Below, piece by piece: positions 37,701 to 49,807 of a stretch of DNA of 64,000 nucleotides. The position numbers and the translations under genes were made by a program. Numbering within the stretch: the stretch's first letter is position 1; every line of letters begins with the position of its first letter. Origin of the DNA: Paraphysomonas bandaiensis (taxonomy: Eukaryota; Protista; Chrysophyceae). Location: NCBI GenBank assembly GCA_965644295.1, contig CBFFRP010000217.1:248001-312000 (forward strand), in the 5' to 3' direction. The notes beneath the pieces are model-generated. The model was not told where the DNA came from. It made no database searches and was given only the letters and a program-made list of their open reading frames with translations.

Positions 37701-38932
37701 AATCTCTATTCTACATCACTTGATAATTCATTCGTAGAGGAGTGTATCGCTGGGACCAATCAATCAAGAGCACCGCCGCTATCGTCACCAGACAGCTCCA
37801 GATATGGTAAGTTTGAAATTTGTGCTGATTGTTATGTGTTCTCCCGAAATATTTTCTGTTGTTCACATAAGTTGTCGATCTTGTAGAGCCGCAAGAACAG
37901 GACAGCAATGGAGAATTTCCATATGACAGAAGTGTTTCTGTAATAGAAACATCAGATGTTAGAGAGGCTGATGACGAAGAGTTTAGAACTTTTACGCTTC
38001 AAGAAGTAGCAATTATCTGGAACATATTCACAGAGGGACTCTTCCTGCTGGTGGACGAGGGGTTACTACCCATTACTTTGCCGAACAACTGCCGTAGTAC
38101 CACACGATCGGAGGATTGGGTGGTAGATGCATCATCATTTGAGCATCTACAGCGTTTGTTAGATCACGTTCAGGATAATTTGGTAAATATAAATTCTCTT
38201 ATCAGACTGGGCGTTCATGAAGATGATTATGATGAAATTTTTAGTGATATTGTCACTGAAGCATATGAAGAGCATCTTCCTGTCATATATTGGAACGAAA
38301 CATATTTCATACCTCGGAAATGGAGTGAAGTTATGCGCGCTCTTTGCAACAAAATAATCGACAGTCCTGTGCCGCTTAGTTCTTTAGTGACAGAGTGGGG
38401 TATTTCGATACAAAACTTATACGCCCTTGTTAATGCGGGGTTGCTGCAATGCACTCCCCCTGATGACTGCAGTTTCGAAGAGGCAGATTTAGTACGAGAT
38501 ACTGATTGCGTCTCAGGTAGTTGTAGAGTTAGCGATCGTTGGACAGTTCCGCGGTGCAAGAAGCGTGTTTATCTGAATGGGGTGATTAACGGTCTGGTGA
38601 ACCTGCAGCAACTGTCTGATACATTAAAATTGGATGGAAATGTATCAAGTGTTGTAAAATTTCTTTGCGAGGGTACAAATGTGGACAGTATTGTACGCAT
38701 AAGAATAGGAGATAACGAGTATGCCCTACGAAGTGTGGTCAACTTCATTCTGGGGAATTGGAAGTTGGTGTCCTTGAAATTTATTATGGGAGCTGCAGCG
38801 GAAGAAAGACCAATAGAAGAAGTACTTTCTCAACTGGAAAGTGAAAACAGATTTCAACTAATTCAGTGGGAATCGGACACATATATGCTTTTATCAGACA
38901 TGGATCAAGTCTTAGATTATTTGAAATCGTAG
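34717..38932 (+). CDS. ATG11/ATG17(FIP200)-like protein, multi-exon, with an atypical C-terminal domain
   Basis: Spliced: MIVTVFETGERVSVEV (ATG11-type start), LEQFPKSLMVLKTIPLDPAL...KTLLDSL, EKLPETYDKFLEEI...RNKEIRRRQNYISTFGALLPPFF, which follow the ATG11/17 core pattern. Exon structure partly inferred. Confidence 0.65.
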
Positions 38933-39855
38933 TCACACGTTATTATTTAAGTAGTGTATATTTTATATTATATTATTATCATGCAGTAAGTTACGTGCTG
39001 CTTCATATTTACGAAGAATGTGTGAGTATACTGGAAAATAATATCAAGTAAGTGAGTTACATGTATTTGTATTGACGTAGATTCCGTCATCTCGTGGTCA
39101 ATATTTCATGTACCTTTTCTCTACGCCAGTTACAACAAATGCTACATGAATTTATTATGCACTTAAATTCTTTTAGCTTTCATATTATTCTAGTAAAACC
39201 GAAAATATATTTCTTCGGAAATTGAGTAACGTTAAGAAGTTAACTCTTCCGTAGATATGTATTATAAACATTTAATTTTACCCTACTATTTCCGAAAGAA
39301 ATTTCTCCCCTTTTTTCCATTCCAAAGATATAGATATATAATATATACGCCTAAGATGCAATCTATCTGTAATATATATCTTCAAAATTACATAAGAAAT
39401 TTCTAATGTTGTCGCAAAATATGAAAATATATTTTTTCTACTGTGTAGTTGCCTGTAATTCTTCTCGAAGTGAGCAACAATAAGCAAAAACATAATCTAA
39501 TAAGCAGTTTTTCTGTGCCTGTGGCTGGTGTACTACTATATACTACTATACTACTATAAAAGTAGTGAATAATATATTTCGCAATACTTCCGCTAAAAGG
39601 CAACGCTTTAATGAATAACAAGTATAGTGTACATTTACATGCCTACGTGGTAAAAGATGAAGAAATCTTTGATGATTAGAGAACTTAAATCAACGAATAT
39701 TCCTGGTTATATATACTAAAAGCTATTGAATTAAAATGACACAACAATACATTAGTTGATGAGCCAAAATAATTTATATACGTGAAACTATTTAAGAAAT
39801 ATGGTCGTGAAATAACCCATTGAAAACCACTGAAGCAAAATATTTAATGATTGGA

Positions 39856-41013
39856 TCAAAACACAAAATTGTTCTGATATTGATGTGGGGACACCTTGGC
39901 ACCGGGCCAAGACATATATTTCTTATAGCGTTTCGACTGGGTACTTTCATTAGTTTGAACGACCAGTGGTATTTGTAGCTTCGTTGGCGCGATAAAAGCG
40001 CGAGTCTTTTGATTATATTCATTGCCCGGATTACTACTGATAAGGCTTGCAGATCCCATTCGTTTAAGATCTTTCATATAGTTTTTGGTGTTTCTGAGCT
40101 CTGCACGCATAGAGTAGAAGTGCTTTCGAGAGTCAGAGATTATGATCATTACCATCAGCATGTTTACGACAAACCCAGTTGTAATTACCAACATAAGTGT
40201 GTCATCAAGGAAAATTGTAGCTTTACTGGTTCTAGTGATGTTGGCTTCTAAGAAATGAGCATATGACACTCCCTTCATTCCAATGAAGTGGATGCCACAT
40301 ACTGCTCCGGTAATCGCAACTGCGCTTGCAATGCGAATACTCTCCCAGTTAGGATAGAGAGCTAAAACTCGGAATAGAATCCAAAATCCTGCTGTACATA
40401 AAGCACATGCAACAAGTATTGCAGTCGCAGCTGTCCAATAGTCCCACTGAATGACAACCGGACTTACCATCGCAAACATACCTAGGGCGTGCGTGAGACA
40501 AAGACCACCTCCTGTGATCACTCCACCGAGAGTTATGTATCCAGTGCCATGAAACATAACTTCGCGCCATATTATCCATCGGCTCCTGACCTTCCCCACT
40601 GAAAGATGACGGCTGGATTTTGTAACTTCACTGAACAGTTGGTGCCGCTCCTTGGTATAGAGTCTATCACGCGTTGCAATGTAGGCGCCGATAAAGACAA
40701 AGACCAAGCCACAAATAAGAGAAAGGATAATCAGTCCTAAGTCATACTTTTGCTTTATCCATTCACCATCTGAGGTCCGCAGTACCAGTGCACTCATGCC
40801 CACTAAGTGCATGCACCAAGTAGCGCTACATCCTATAGTGAGAGCTACCAGACAAAGGTACCACGCTTGAAGTAGATGACTGCACCGAATAATAGAATTA
40901 ACCCGAAAGACCTCAGCAAGAGATATTGCGATGTATGTCCCTGCGAATGAGATGCCGATAGAGGCCACCAGTACATCTATCCTGCACTGCTCCACTATAA
41001 CCGCTGAGTACAT
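39856..41013 (-). CDS. Stand-alone MHYT-domain integral membrane sensor protein, intronless
   Basis: Three MHYT-type repeats WCMHLVGMSAL, CLTHALGMFAM, CGIHFIGMKGV; typical start VASIGISFAGTYIAISL; about 7 TM helices. Confidence 0.88.
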   Translation of the reverse strand: MYSAVIVEQCRIDVLVASIGISFAGTYIAISLAEVFRVNSIIRCSHLLQAWYLCLVALTIGCSATWCMHLVGMSALVLRTSDGEWIKQKYDLGLIILSLICGLVFVFIGAYIATRDRLYTKERHQLFSEVTKSSRHLSVGKVRSRWIIWREVMFHGTGYITLGGVITGGGLCLTHALGMFAMVSPVVIQWDYWTAATAILVACALCTAGFWILFRVLALYPNWESIRIASAVAITGAVCGIHFIGMKGVSYAHFLEANITRTSKATIFLDDTLMLVITTGFVVNMLMVMIIISDSRKHFYSMRAELRNTKNYMKDLKRMGSASLISSNPGNEYNQKTRAFIAPTKLQIPLVVQTNESTQSKRYKKYMSWPGAKVSPHQYQNNFVF

Positions 41014-42416
41014 ATGTAGTCAAGGTATTGAGTGCAAGGTGAGCGATCGTGATGTAATTGTGATGTAGTTGTGATGAGATAATGCGTGTAATGATGAATA
41101 AGAACTAGCAGTGGGAATATATCTCAGTGATGTGTAATTCCCCTCAAGAAAGGGACATACACTACCAATCTACAAACCACGGCACGTAGTAGGTACACAC
41201 TCCACCCTCTCCAGCACAACATGTATGTATGTACAGTGTAGGGGGAATATCAAATACATGTTCCCCAGTCGCTGTTTCCAGTACAACAGAACACATATAT
41301 ACAGGAGTACGTATTTCGAGTATTCCGATGGGTAGCTTACACGTATAGCATACCCACATACATACTTATACAGACGTATACAATGTGGGTTTGCTGTGGT
41401 ACTGTGGTACTGTTGTACGCACCCTGCGTGTCGAGTAGTACACGACATGTATGGGACATCACTCGACTCAGTCCAATGTTTTCATAGTAGCCATTAAACA
41501 TGACTACAGGCAGATGCATTGCACTCATTAGCGATCAAATTTCGTATTGATCTAAATGCGAAGGCCATTTGTATAATTACGTAGAGAGGTGGTCATGACA
41601 TATGCACGAATGAACAGCCCTATAGATGAAACCCTGCAGCAGTTTACTTGCTGTTTGTAGTATAACATAAGAGGACTATAATGCTATTCATTCCGTTTAC
41701 TAGTAAGTTATAATATTCTATCAGAGATGTCCATCTCGAGTTGTTATCATGTCTAATTGTAACCGTTACTAATTATATGAGAGAGAGCTATTTCAACGCA
41801 TTCTATCAGCTATTCATTATGTGTTCTGAAGGATTATGGTGCAGTCAAGCTAACAACTGTTATTACGGCATATACACATGTTTAGCCGTTGAGTAGTACC
41901 AAGCTATCTTTCAAGCTGCTGTGTGGAAATCTATAAATACGTAGTGCCCATCATGTTGAATGTTGCCTAGCGGTATATTTAAGTGTTTAGTTTGTCTTAT
42001 AGAAATGGCTACTTTTTTGTAAAACAATCTACTGACATGTAAATCTCGAGGGTATTAGTAGTCCTTTAAAGAAATATACAAGTGGGCACTGTATATGTGA
42101 TCTCAGCTTTCCACTTCGTTGATATCTGAGCAAATCTCCACACCGTGGTGAATTCGTCTTACTGAAGAAATAATTATTACACAAACATAAATATATAGTG
42201 TCTAAACGTGTAGTATTACTACCGGTAGAGCGTGATATTTAATATTTTCTCGCGAACACTTTTGACTATACCACATGTGTGATTCAATGAAGAAGAAGAA
42301 CAGATACAAATATAAAAGAAAAGTCCATGCAACTTCTTTCATATTCATTCCTCAAATATACGCACAACGCCGTGGTATATAACTTCAATACATATACGTT
42401 GTTCAAGTGTAATAAA

Positions 42417-43795
42417 CTACGACACGTCATCGATACTATCTCGGAAGTGTATGATATGTGTGCTATCAAGAGAGGTGCTATCATCATCACTATCATATGT
42501 CTGTATGTTCATCGGTGACATCATTGTCTCTAACGGGACGCGGGAATGACAGCTCGTGTGCATGGGGTACAGGTGTTGTCGTGCATGCGGACTAATTGCA
42601 GTGTCTGTTTCCAGAGGTGTTATTTTCCCCATGAACGTGGCAGGTATCCAAATGAGATAAAGAATTACGAGTGGCAGGTACGCCACTACCACTACCCAGG
42701 AAGAGTACCAACGCGCAGTTATGCGGGCTTCTGAGTTCCAGCGGTCCATATTAATGGCTTCGTCATGATTAGGTGTGAGAAAAAATTCCCCAGCTGCCCA
42801 GACCGCATTGGCAAGAAGCCAAAGTAATTGAGCAAGGTAGTGTGCGTGATCGATAAGCATACGCTTATGATTAAGAGATAGCCAGGCAAAATCCACTGAC
42901 ATCAAGAATGTCGGAATAAATAGAACTACCCATATCCATTTTCTCTCCCATATCCAGCAGCTATCCTTGGCTAATATCACACAAACATAAATATTAGAAA
43001 CTATCACGGTAGTTAATCATAGTACGACATATAATCATTGTTACGTTTGATGCTGACCATTATATATAGATTGCATACAAGAATCACCCAGCAGTTTCAC
43101 ATACCGGTCCAGAACAGTGTCTGAGAATTTTCATACTCTCTCCAGTTATTAAAGTACCAAGAAAAACGCAGCGTCATGTCTCCTGTCGTATCTTGCCCTC
43201 TACGATAACGTGTAGCCCCCATAGGCTTGAGAATCAAATAGTACAGACCTACCCACGCAACAGCCCCGAGCATTATATATCCCCCTTCTCGAGCATGTTT
43301 GTCATATATCGGCTCCTCATTCGGGAACTCAGAATCATGGAGCTCCCCAACCATCCACCAGAAGTTAGCAAAAAGCCATAGAAACTCACCAACATGTGGC
43401 CATAACTCATTAACATCTCTTGACTTGATGGCTTTTAAAACCAGGTACGAAGTCCATGCTACAGACATTACACCAATAATCATTCCTTCATAGTACCAAC
43501 TCTGTACCCATGCCAAATCTTTGGTAACCCATAGGTATATGTGTAAGCTGTCATGTCCACGTGGTGAGAGATAAAAGCTCAAACTCCATGGTTCATCCGG
43601 TAGATGCAACCAGCATATCCCTCTTTCCGCCAGTACATTGATATTCTCCGCCCGGTTCAGGTTATAGTGCGACAGTTTTTCAATGCTTGACGCAGCAGGC
43701 ATCATTAAATCCGACGAGTCATAGGTGGATTCGGTATCTGTGGTCGACATTCCTTCACTATCACGGACTTTGACATAGTCCGCCGTCTTATTCAT
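42417..43795 (-). CDS. Uncharacterised membrane protein with an internally duplicated domain; exons 43795-43105, 42970-42417
   Basis: Repeat 1 HIYLWVTKDLAW...LWLFANFWWMVGE; repeat 2 QTLFWTAKDSCW...LWLLANAVWAAGE. Intron 43104-42971 restores WTAKD in frame. Confidence 0.85.
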
Positions 43796-44349
43796 GATGA
43801 TCTGTCCACTGTATCCACAAGACCCTTCACGGTATGAGAATATATTGCCTATGCATCACTCCTTGACAGATGTGTCGATCTATTGGAAGCTATGGCATAC
43901 TAGTTTCCCGTGGAATGATATTTCGGGGGGGTGCTTGTGATGCAAGAACCTGTTTGGAAAATACTCCACTGGTACATGCATCTCGTCCTATACCATACAT
44001 ACATACATACCCATACATACATACCCACACACACAGGTACCCATATGGTGCCAAGGCAGGTATACCAATATACAGAATGAATACGCCATATATATGTCTG
44101 TACTTGTACTGTATGTACTGTACATTCGTGGGTGGGAAACTCCCAGAATTTTAGCTGTATACTGTTTTTTTATGATCAAACAACGAAAAAAGGGCGATTT
44201 CTTTTGCGTGGTCGACTTTTCCCACCCAGCCCACGGGTCGGATACTCTGTGTATGTATGTGGATGTTCAGTACAAGAGCCTGTGCCTGTGGTTTAACTAT
44301 GAGTTGAGTGATTGCATGCAGCTCATTACTGAGGCGGATATATAAAATC

Positions 44350-45080
44350 ATGCATCCGCTTATTGTAAAGTCACTCAGTATTGCTGGCCCATTGACTTTT
44401 CTTGCACTTCAGGTGTCCACATTCGGCACTGGTATTAAGATATGGACCGATAAATCGGTTGGGACTTTGAGTGTTGTTCCGTTTTTTGCTTTGTTTGTTA
44501 ATTGCATAGTGTGGACGTTGTATGGTTTGATGATTGGAGCTCCCCCAGTGTATATGTACGATACGTCATGCTCATGTTTGTATTTGTTTTCTGATCTGTT
44601 TTTGGTGTACAGACCCAATACAACGGGTGCGTTCGTGGGTCTATTCTGCACATCGGTATATCACATACACTCTCCATCCTCGAATAAAACACTCTATGCG
44701 TGTGGAACGATGGTTTTATCATGTGTAGTTCTAGCTGCACTCTTTGGTTACCCGTCTATTGTCGGCGGCATAGGGTCTTGTCTGTCGTTACTGCTCATGG
44801 CTTCTCCTCTCGCAGTTTTGCGGACTGTTGTCAGAGATAAATGTACTGCGGCAATGCCGTTTACGACAAGGTATTTGGGAAAGAATGCTGTGAAATTCAT
44901 TCTCACTATGTTTTCAGTTTATCAATGTTACTGGCAAGTGTTTCGTGGTCTCTGTATGGTCTCCTTGTCATTGACGACTACCTTGTGTACATTCCAAACT
45001 TGATAGGATTGGCGCTATCTCTTATACAAATGTCTTTATTTTTAATATATGGATTTCCTCAGAGAAAAGTGTTACCGTGA
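44350..45080 (+). CDS. SWEET: SWEET (MtN3/saliva) sugar transporter; exons 44350-44555, 44613-44870, 44918-45080
   Basis: Two MtN3 repeats (KSVGTLSVVPFF...NCIVWTLYG...IPN; ASPLAVLRTVVRDK...MPF...WSLYG...YIPNLIG); in-frame GT-AG introns. Confidence 0.93.
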
Positions 45081-45170
45081 TTATTCTTTAATGTTAATAA
45101 TTATTCGTAGTGATTTTTAGCTCACAATCAGCTATTGGACATGGTCATATCAAGTTGCCATAGTGTTACG

Positions 45171-45190
45171 ATATATTGTTCCCTATCTTG
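45171..45190. repeat. Isolated terminus fragment of the hAT family at 13209-14179
   Basis: ATATATTGTTCCCTATC is a 17-bp match to the right TIR. Confidence 0.55.
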
Positions 45191-45662
45191 ATATATAGAA
45201 CAGTAAACAGTAGTCCAACTTTAAAAAAGATAAAAGTATAAGGTCTTATAATGAGGGCGAGAAGCCCAAGTTCTAAAATTTGAACAAGGGACGATTCTCC
45301 TTATCTTTGCTTATCCTCATGACAGAGGGAATTGTTCAATGATTACTATTAGGAGAACATATAAAAACGAATGTAATGTTTCAAATCAATGGTACCTATA
45401 TACGGGAATGACATTTGGATTAGATAACTGAAGCCAATGTACTCCTACCACCTACTAGAAGAGGATATTGAGGAATAGCAACTGCGACGTATTGATTGAC
45501 TTTCGTACATAAATGTGATGATGAATTGTGAATAATAAGATGTACACTACGCATAGCCTCTGCTAGTGCAGCTGTTACGAATATGTATGATATGGCACAC
45601 AATCCAGATAAGCAAGCATGGCTCTGAAAGCATTGGTATTAGGATAGCATGTGTTAGTTATG

Positions 45663-45869
45663 ATGTTCAATGAAATATACCATGAACTGAATTAATGATT
45701 GTATCTGTTGAAGATACGTGATCGTCATCATAACGATCGTCAATGTCAGTTATACTTAACTATTCCGTTGTGCATGATAGTTATGTTTTGCGTTATTATT
45801 CACTTTTCTCACCTTACTGTTCTAAAAATCACAATACTGTTTTATTACTACTAAGGTCAATTCTTTATT
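45663..45869 (+). repeat. Dispersed repeat, copy 2 (pairs with 9889-10111)
   Basis: Colinear similarity including the 32-bp perfect block, AAGATACGTGATCGTCATCATAACG and TAACTATTCCGTTGTGCATGATAGT. Confidence 0.85.
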
Positions 45870-46133
45870 AGTGGATACCATTGCTCTGGTCACTAGTCGC
45901 ATATACAGCGTCAGATGTGGCATATATGAACTCTTTTGTAATATTCTCGAAGTCATTATGATCTTCTACCTCAGACGAAGGCATCAAAGTAATCAAGTAA
46001 AACTAAAGATCTAGAAAAATTGCGCAGAAAATTCAGAAAACTTATTATTGATTTCACGACATGTGAAAACATTGTACTTAACAACAAAATCAATAGTTGT
46101 GTAGTGCCTTGTTTCCAAAGGCAGCTTCCACAA

Positions 46134-47447
46134 TTACGGAAGCTTACAAATGGCCATCATTGTCTTAATAGTTCCTTTTTCAGCATTAACATCACCCACA
46201 AAACACACATGTCCTTTACCATGCATCGCTACGGCTATGGCTGTACGATGGGTTGGAATCACATGCCCCCCAAAGTTTGGTACAGCCGATATACATCGTG
46301 TGCCTCTTTTGGGGGAGAAAAGCTGATCCTCTCTCCTTACCCCAGAGAGCATAGTTGCCTTCATGTTAATTCGTTTCGGAATAATAAAGCGTACGCGTTC
46401 TCCATCTTCATCCTCCGAATCGGATCCGTCCCCAGTGCTACCAGAATGATTGATTGAATCAGGCACATCAGTTGCTGCAGTCAGAGGGAAATGGGAGAAA
46501 TTCTTCCTGTTGCAGGAATGTTTGCATCGCCGATAAAAGTCGCCACAAAAATGCCACGGTTGTCCAGTTAATGTTTGAAGTAACCACTCCGCACCACACC
46601 CTTCACCATGTAGTAAAAATTTTCCTCCCATCATTACCCAGTGGTAAAATAAACCCATAAACAAGGCATCGAACATCAACTCATTGTCGTTCATTCCTCG
46701 ATGGTCGAGGTGAAGGAATATCAATATTGTGTATCGACAAGTCTCCAAGCGTTTAGTAAGTTCGCTATCGTTGTTAGCCTCTAAATAGTCAAAGGGAATT
46801 CCAGCAGATCGTAGCTCTGGCTGCAGTTTTTCCAAATAGGTTGAATTGTGTTGGCCAATAGCACTAAAGCCAGACACAATGAGAACCCGCTTTGTATTTG
46901 GTATAAGTTTTTTGCAAAATTCCTCTTGTTCCCTAGACTGCTGAGCCACAACAGGTGATATAGGAATAGAGCATCGACATTCCTGTTCCAAACTAAATCG
47001 AGTATCAGAAGCTGCAGTCACGTGGCCCTGTCCACACATAAACGTTGCACGAGCAGCTACACCTTCGCCACCGCCAGGTGGCAACGGGGTCTCAGAAACG
47101 GTAACACATACCGAAGGAGTCCCGCAAGTGCCGCACGTATATTCTGCTTCTTCTGGTTTCATCGCTTTCGCTTCTTCCAACTTTCGTAACAAAACAGCCT
47201 TCGATTCCTGTTTTGAAACATGGTCTCCCACAGGACGACGAGCAGGAACAGGTTTAGGGGGTGGTTGCTTATCCAACGGCACACATTCTTTCTTATGGGT
47301 CTTCCAGTGTGCTCTCTGGCAATCAGCTCCACAGTAGTACACTATACGACATCTGCTGCAGAGCATCTTCCCTCCCCCTCCACACCCCCGACACACCTTA
47401 TTCACTGTTGGACGGCTGTACTCCACACTTACATTCGAAGAATTCAT
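46134..47447 (-). CDS. MYND zinc-finger protein with a C-terminal alpha/beta domain, intronless
   Basis: CRGC...CSRCRIVYYCGADCQRAHWKTHKKEC; second CGTC...CGQGH site; C-terminal WVMMGGKFLLHGEG and GKGHVCFVGDVNAE. Confidence 0.85.
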   Translation of the reverse strand: MNSSNVSVEYSRPTVNKVCRGCGGGGKMLCSRCRIVYYCGADCQRAHWKTHKKECVPLDKQPPPKPVPARRPVGDHVSKQESKAVLLRKLEEAKAMKPEEAEYTCGTCGTPSVCVTVSETPLPPGGGEGVAARATFMCGQGHVTAASDTRFSLEQECRCSIPISPVVAQQSREQEEFCKKLIPNTKRVLIVSGFSAIGQHNSTYLEKLQPELRSAGIPFDYLEANNDSELTKRLETCRYTILIFLHLDHRGMNDNELMFDALFMGLFYHWVMMGGKFLLHGEGCGAEWLLQTLTGQPWHFCGDFYRRCKHSCNRKNFSHFPLTAATDVPDSINHSGSTGDGSDSEDEDGERVRFIIPKRINMKATMLSGVRREDQLFSPKRGTRCISAVPNFGGHVIPTHRTAIAVAMHGKGHVCFVGDVNAEKGTIKTMMAICKLP

Positions 47448-47705
47448 ACTATCAGGAATTGTCTGTTGTCCAATGACAGTGGTGTGAGAGTGCCGCGACA
47501 GTGATAATTGTATGCATGGATGCAGCGCAGATATAGTCGTATGTGTGTGAGCGATGGATTGACGGTGGACTGACTACACGCACTACAGTATACGTACTGC
47601 TCTACATACATACCATACTGCTGTACACCCATCTCCATACAATACTGACAGCTGTGTACTGTACTCTATAGACGGATGTACAGGTATACGGTATACAGCA
47701 GAGCT

Positions 47706-47730
47706 GCCCGCGGTCTTTATTCAGACCAGG
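47706..47730. repeat. 25-bp motif shared with 8240-8264, in the MYND/RSPH divergent promoter
   Basis: 24/25 identity with 8240-8264. Confidence 0.8.
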
Positions 47731-47995
47731 TCAGCTCTGGTTTCCATACAAAAATTCCCAAATCGTGTAGTATGTATGTATATGTATGTATATGTATGTG
47801 TATGTATATGTAGACTGTATTTTTCATTTTGTCCGTTCAAGATCGAGAGGAATACGGTACCTGCCGTTACACGTAACGACCGAGTTTTATTGAAATGCAT
47901 CAAACGATTAGCAGTCTGCATATCTCTCGACACATCCAACAACTGCTTTAGAGTCTGCCATACACACATTGTTGCATTCATAGTGACTCGTGAAG

Positions 47996-49409
47996 ATGGC
48001 GTCCATTGCAGAGCTTCGGCAAATCTTAATGCAAGATAAAGATGGGAAGAATTTATATGCTCATTTAACTGAAACTATAATGAAAATTTTGCTCGATCGT
48101 CCTGGCAATGCGTACGATATGTTCGAGCTGATTTCAGCTGAAGTCAAAGAAAATCCTCTTAACCCAGAAATAGAAGCTAACAAATCTGTTCCTCCTACTG
48201 CTGAGGAGGTAATGTAGTCGAGTGCACTGAGTTTCTAGTTCTTATGTGCTCTAATTTCAGGTGGAAAAGCAATTAGCCTGGGCAGTTGCCTGTTCGAAGT
48301 TGTTGAAGGTATGTAATTAGTAATGTTTTAAGAGTAAAGCTTATGTGTTTATTCTACAGAGGCCTGATGAGCCACCAGAGGTAAACGTAAAGTTTCCAGA
48401 TTTAATGGACGACTTGATGTTATATGAATGGGCTGGGGTCTCATTTGGCCGCTCTGAGGCTTACAGATTATATTTGTCTATTAAATCTTTCTCAGAAACT
48501 CTCCCTCCGGAAGTGGAGAGACTACGTTTTTTCGGCATCATAAAAACTCGTGGTCTACCGTATTATATTATTGAGGGATTGAATCCTGACGATGAGGAAG
48601 GAATTGACGAAATGCAGCAGGAGGGTCGCAGCGGCGCAAACAAGTTTACCTACTGGGTGACTCAGTCTGTAGAGACTAACTCTTGGACCAAGCTTCCTAA
48701 TGTGACCATGGCTCAGATTGTGGCTGCTAGAAAGTTTAAGAAGTACATGAGTGGGAATTTGGATGCTCCTATTTCAAGCTTCCCTCCTTTTCCTGGAAAC
48801 GAAAGCAACTATCTGCGATCCCAAATTGCGCTAATATGTGGTGCTACATCAGTTTCACCAGCGGGATATTTTGAATTGAACGAGGACGACGACCCTCCTA
48901 CAGTTAAGTTAGCTGAGGCGGAAACTCTGAACGAGACATTCCCAAAGACTGCTCAGGAGCTTAAGGAGCCCGATGCATGGGTGCACCACGAGATTGAACT
49001 GAACGCTCTGGGGAGATGTACTGCCCTGCCTGAGCAACTTGATGATAACGGTGATCCGATTGAGCCGGATGAGCCAGTAGAGGTTGCTCCTCCGTTAAAG
49101 GGTATCGAACCTGAGCAGTGGGCATTCCGTGTGTCCCCTGGTGGATCTGGAGAGCACCCTGCCTCACTCGTGGTAGCTCGGTCCCTTGTTTTTCCAGGGG
49201 CCATGGCAATCGCTGCTGCACGGAGGTTTGTGAATATATACGTCGGCTATGGCATGGTGTATTCCGCCACCACATACTCGCCACCTCTTCCTGGTGCACT
49301 CCAGACGGAGTGGGTTCCTGGGGAAGATGAGGAGCCCCTTGTAGAGACAGAGGACGTTCGCACCGACCCTACACCACCCAAGGAAGAAGGAGAGGAAGAC
49401 GAAGACTAA
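47996..49409 (+). CDS. RSPH4A: Flagellar radial spoke head protein 4/6; exons 47996-48208, 48261-48308, 48360-49409
   Basis: NLYAHLTETIMKILLDRP; YEWAGVSFG; LRFFGII; WTKLPNVTMAQIVAARKFKK; FPGNESNYLRSQIA; ARSLVFPGA; NIYVGYG. Confidence 0.93.
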
Positions 49410-49807
49410 TGTAGGCCTGTAATCGAGGTTGTTTATGCTTACATTACGGGAACGAAACAGTGCTTGAAGTGGTATTCAGTGAAGTTGATGTAATAATATG
49501 ATTTGCTTACATGCATTTTAGCTAGTTGCTGATAAAATAATTTGAAATAATATTTAAGCTTTGTTTCTCACTGTTTGATTGAAGACTTGGGTAGTCTGCT
49601 TCGATTAACGACTAACGATTCCATACAGTAATTTATTTCACTTCCCGCTTGCTTTTCATATATGACTAATTATCACTCCACCTAGTGCTAATTCTTCATT
49701 GCAACAGGATTGTGATGAAACCTAACTCTCAATGACTGTCGATGTGTTAGTGTCAGAAAATGGCATGTTTGTTTGAACTTCAGCTTTTAATTGCTCTAAA
49801 ATAGCAA

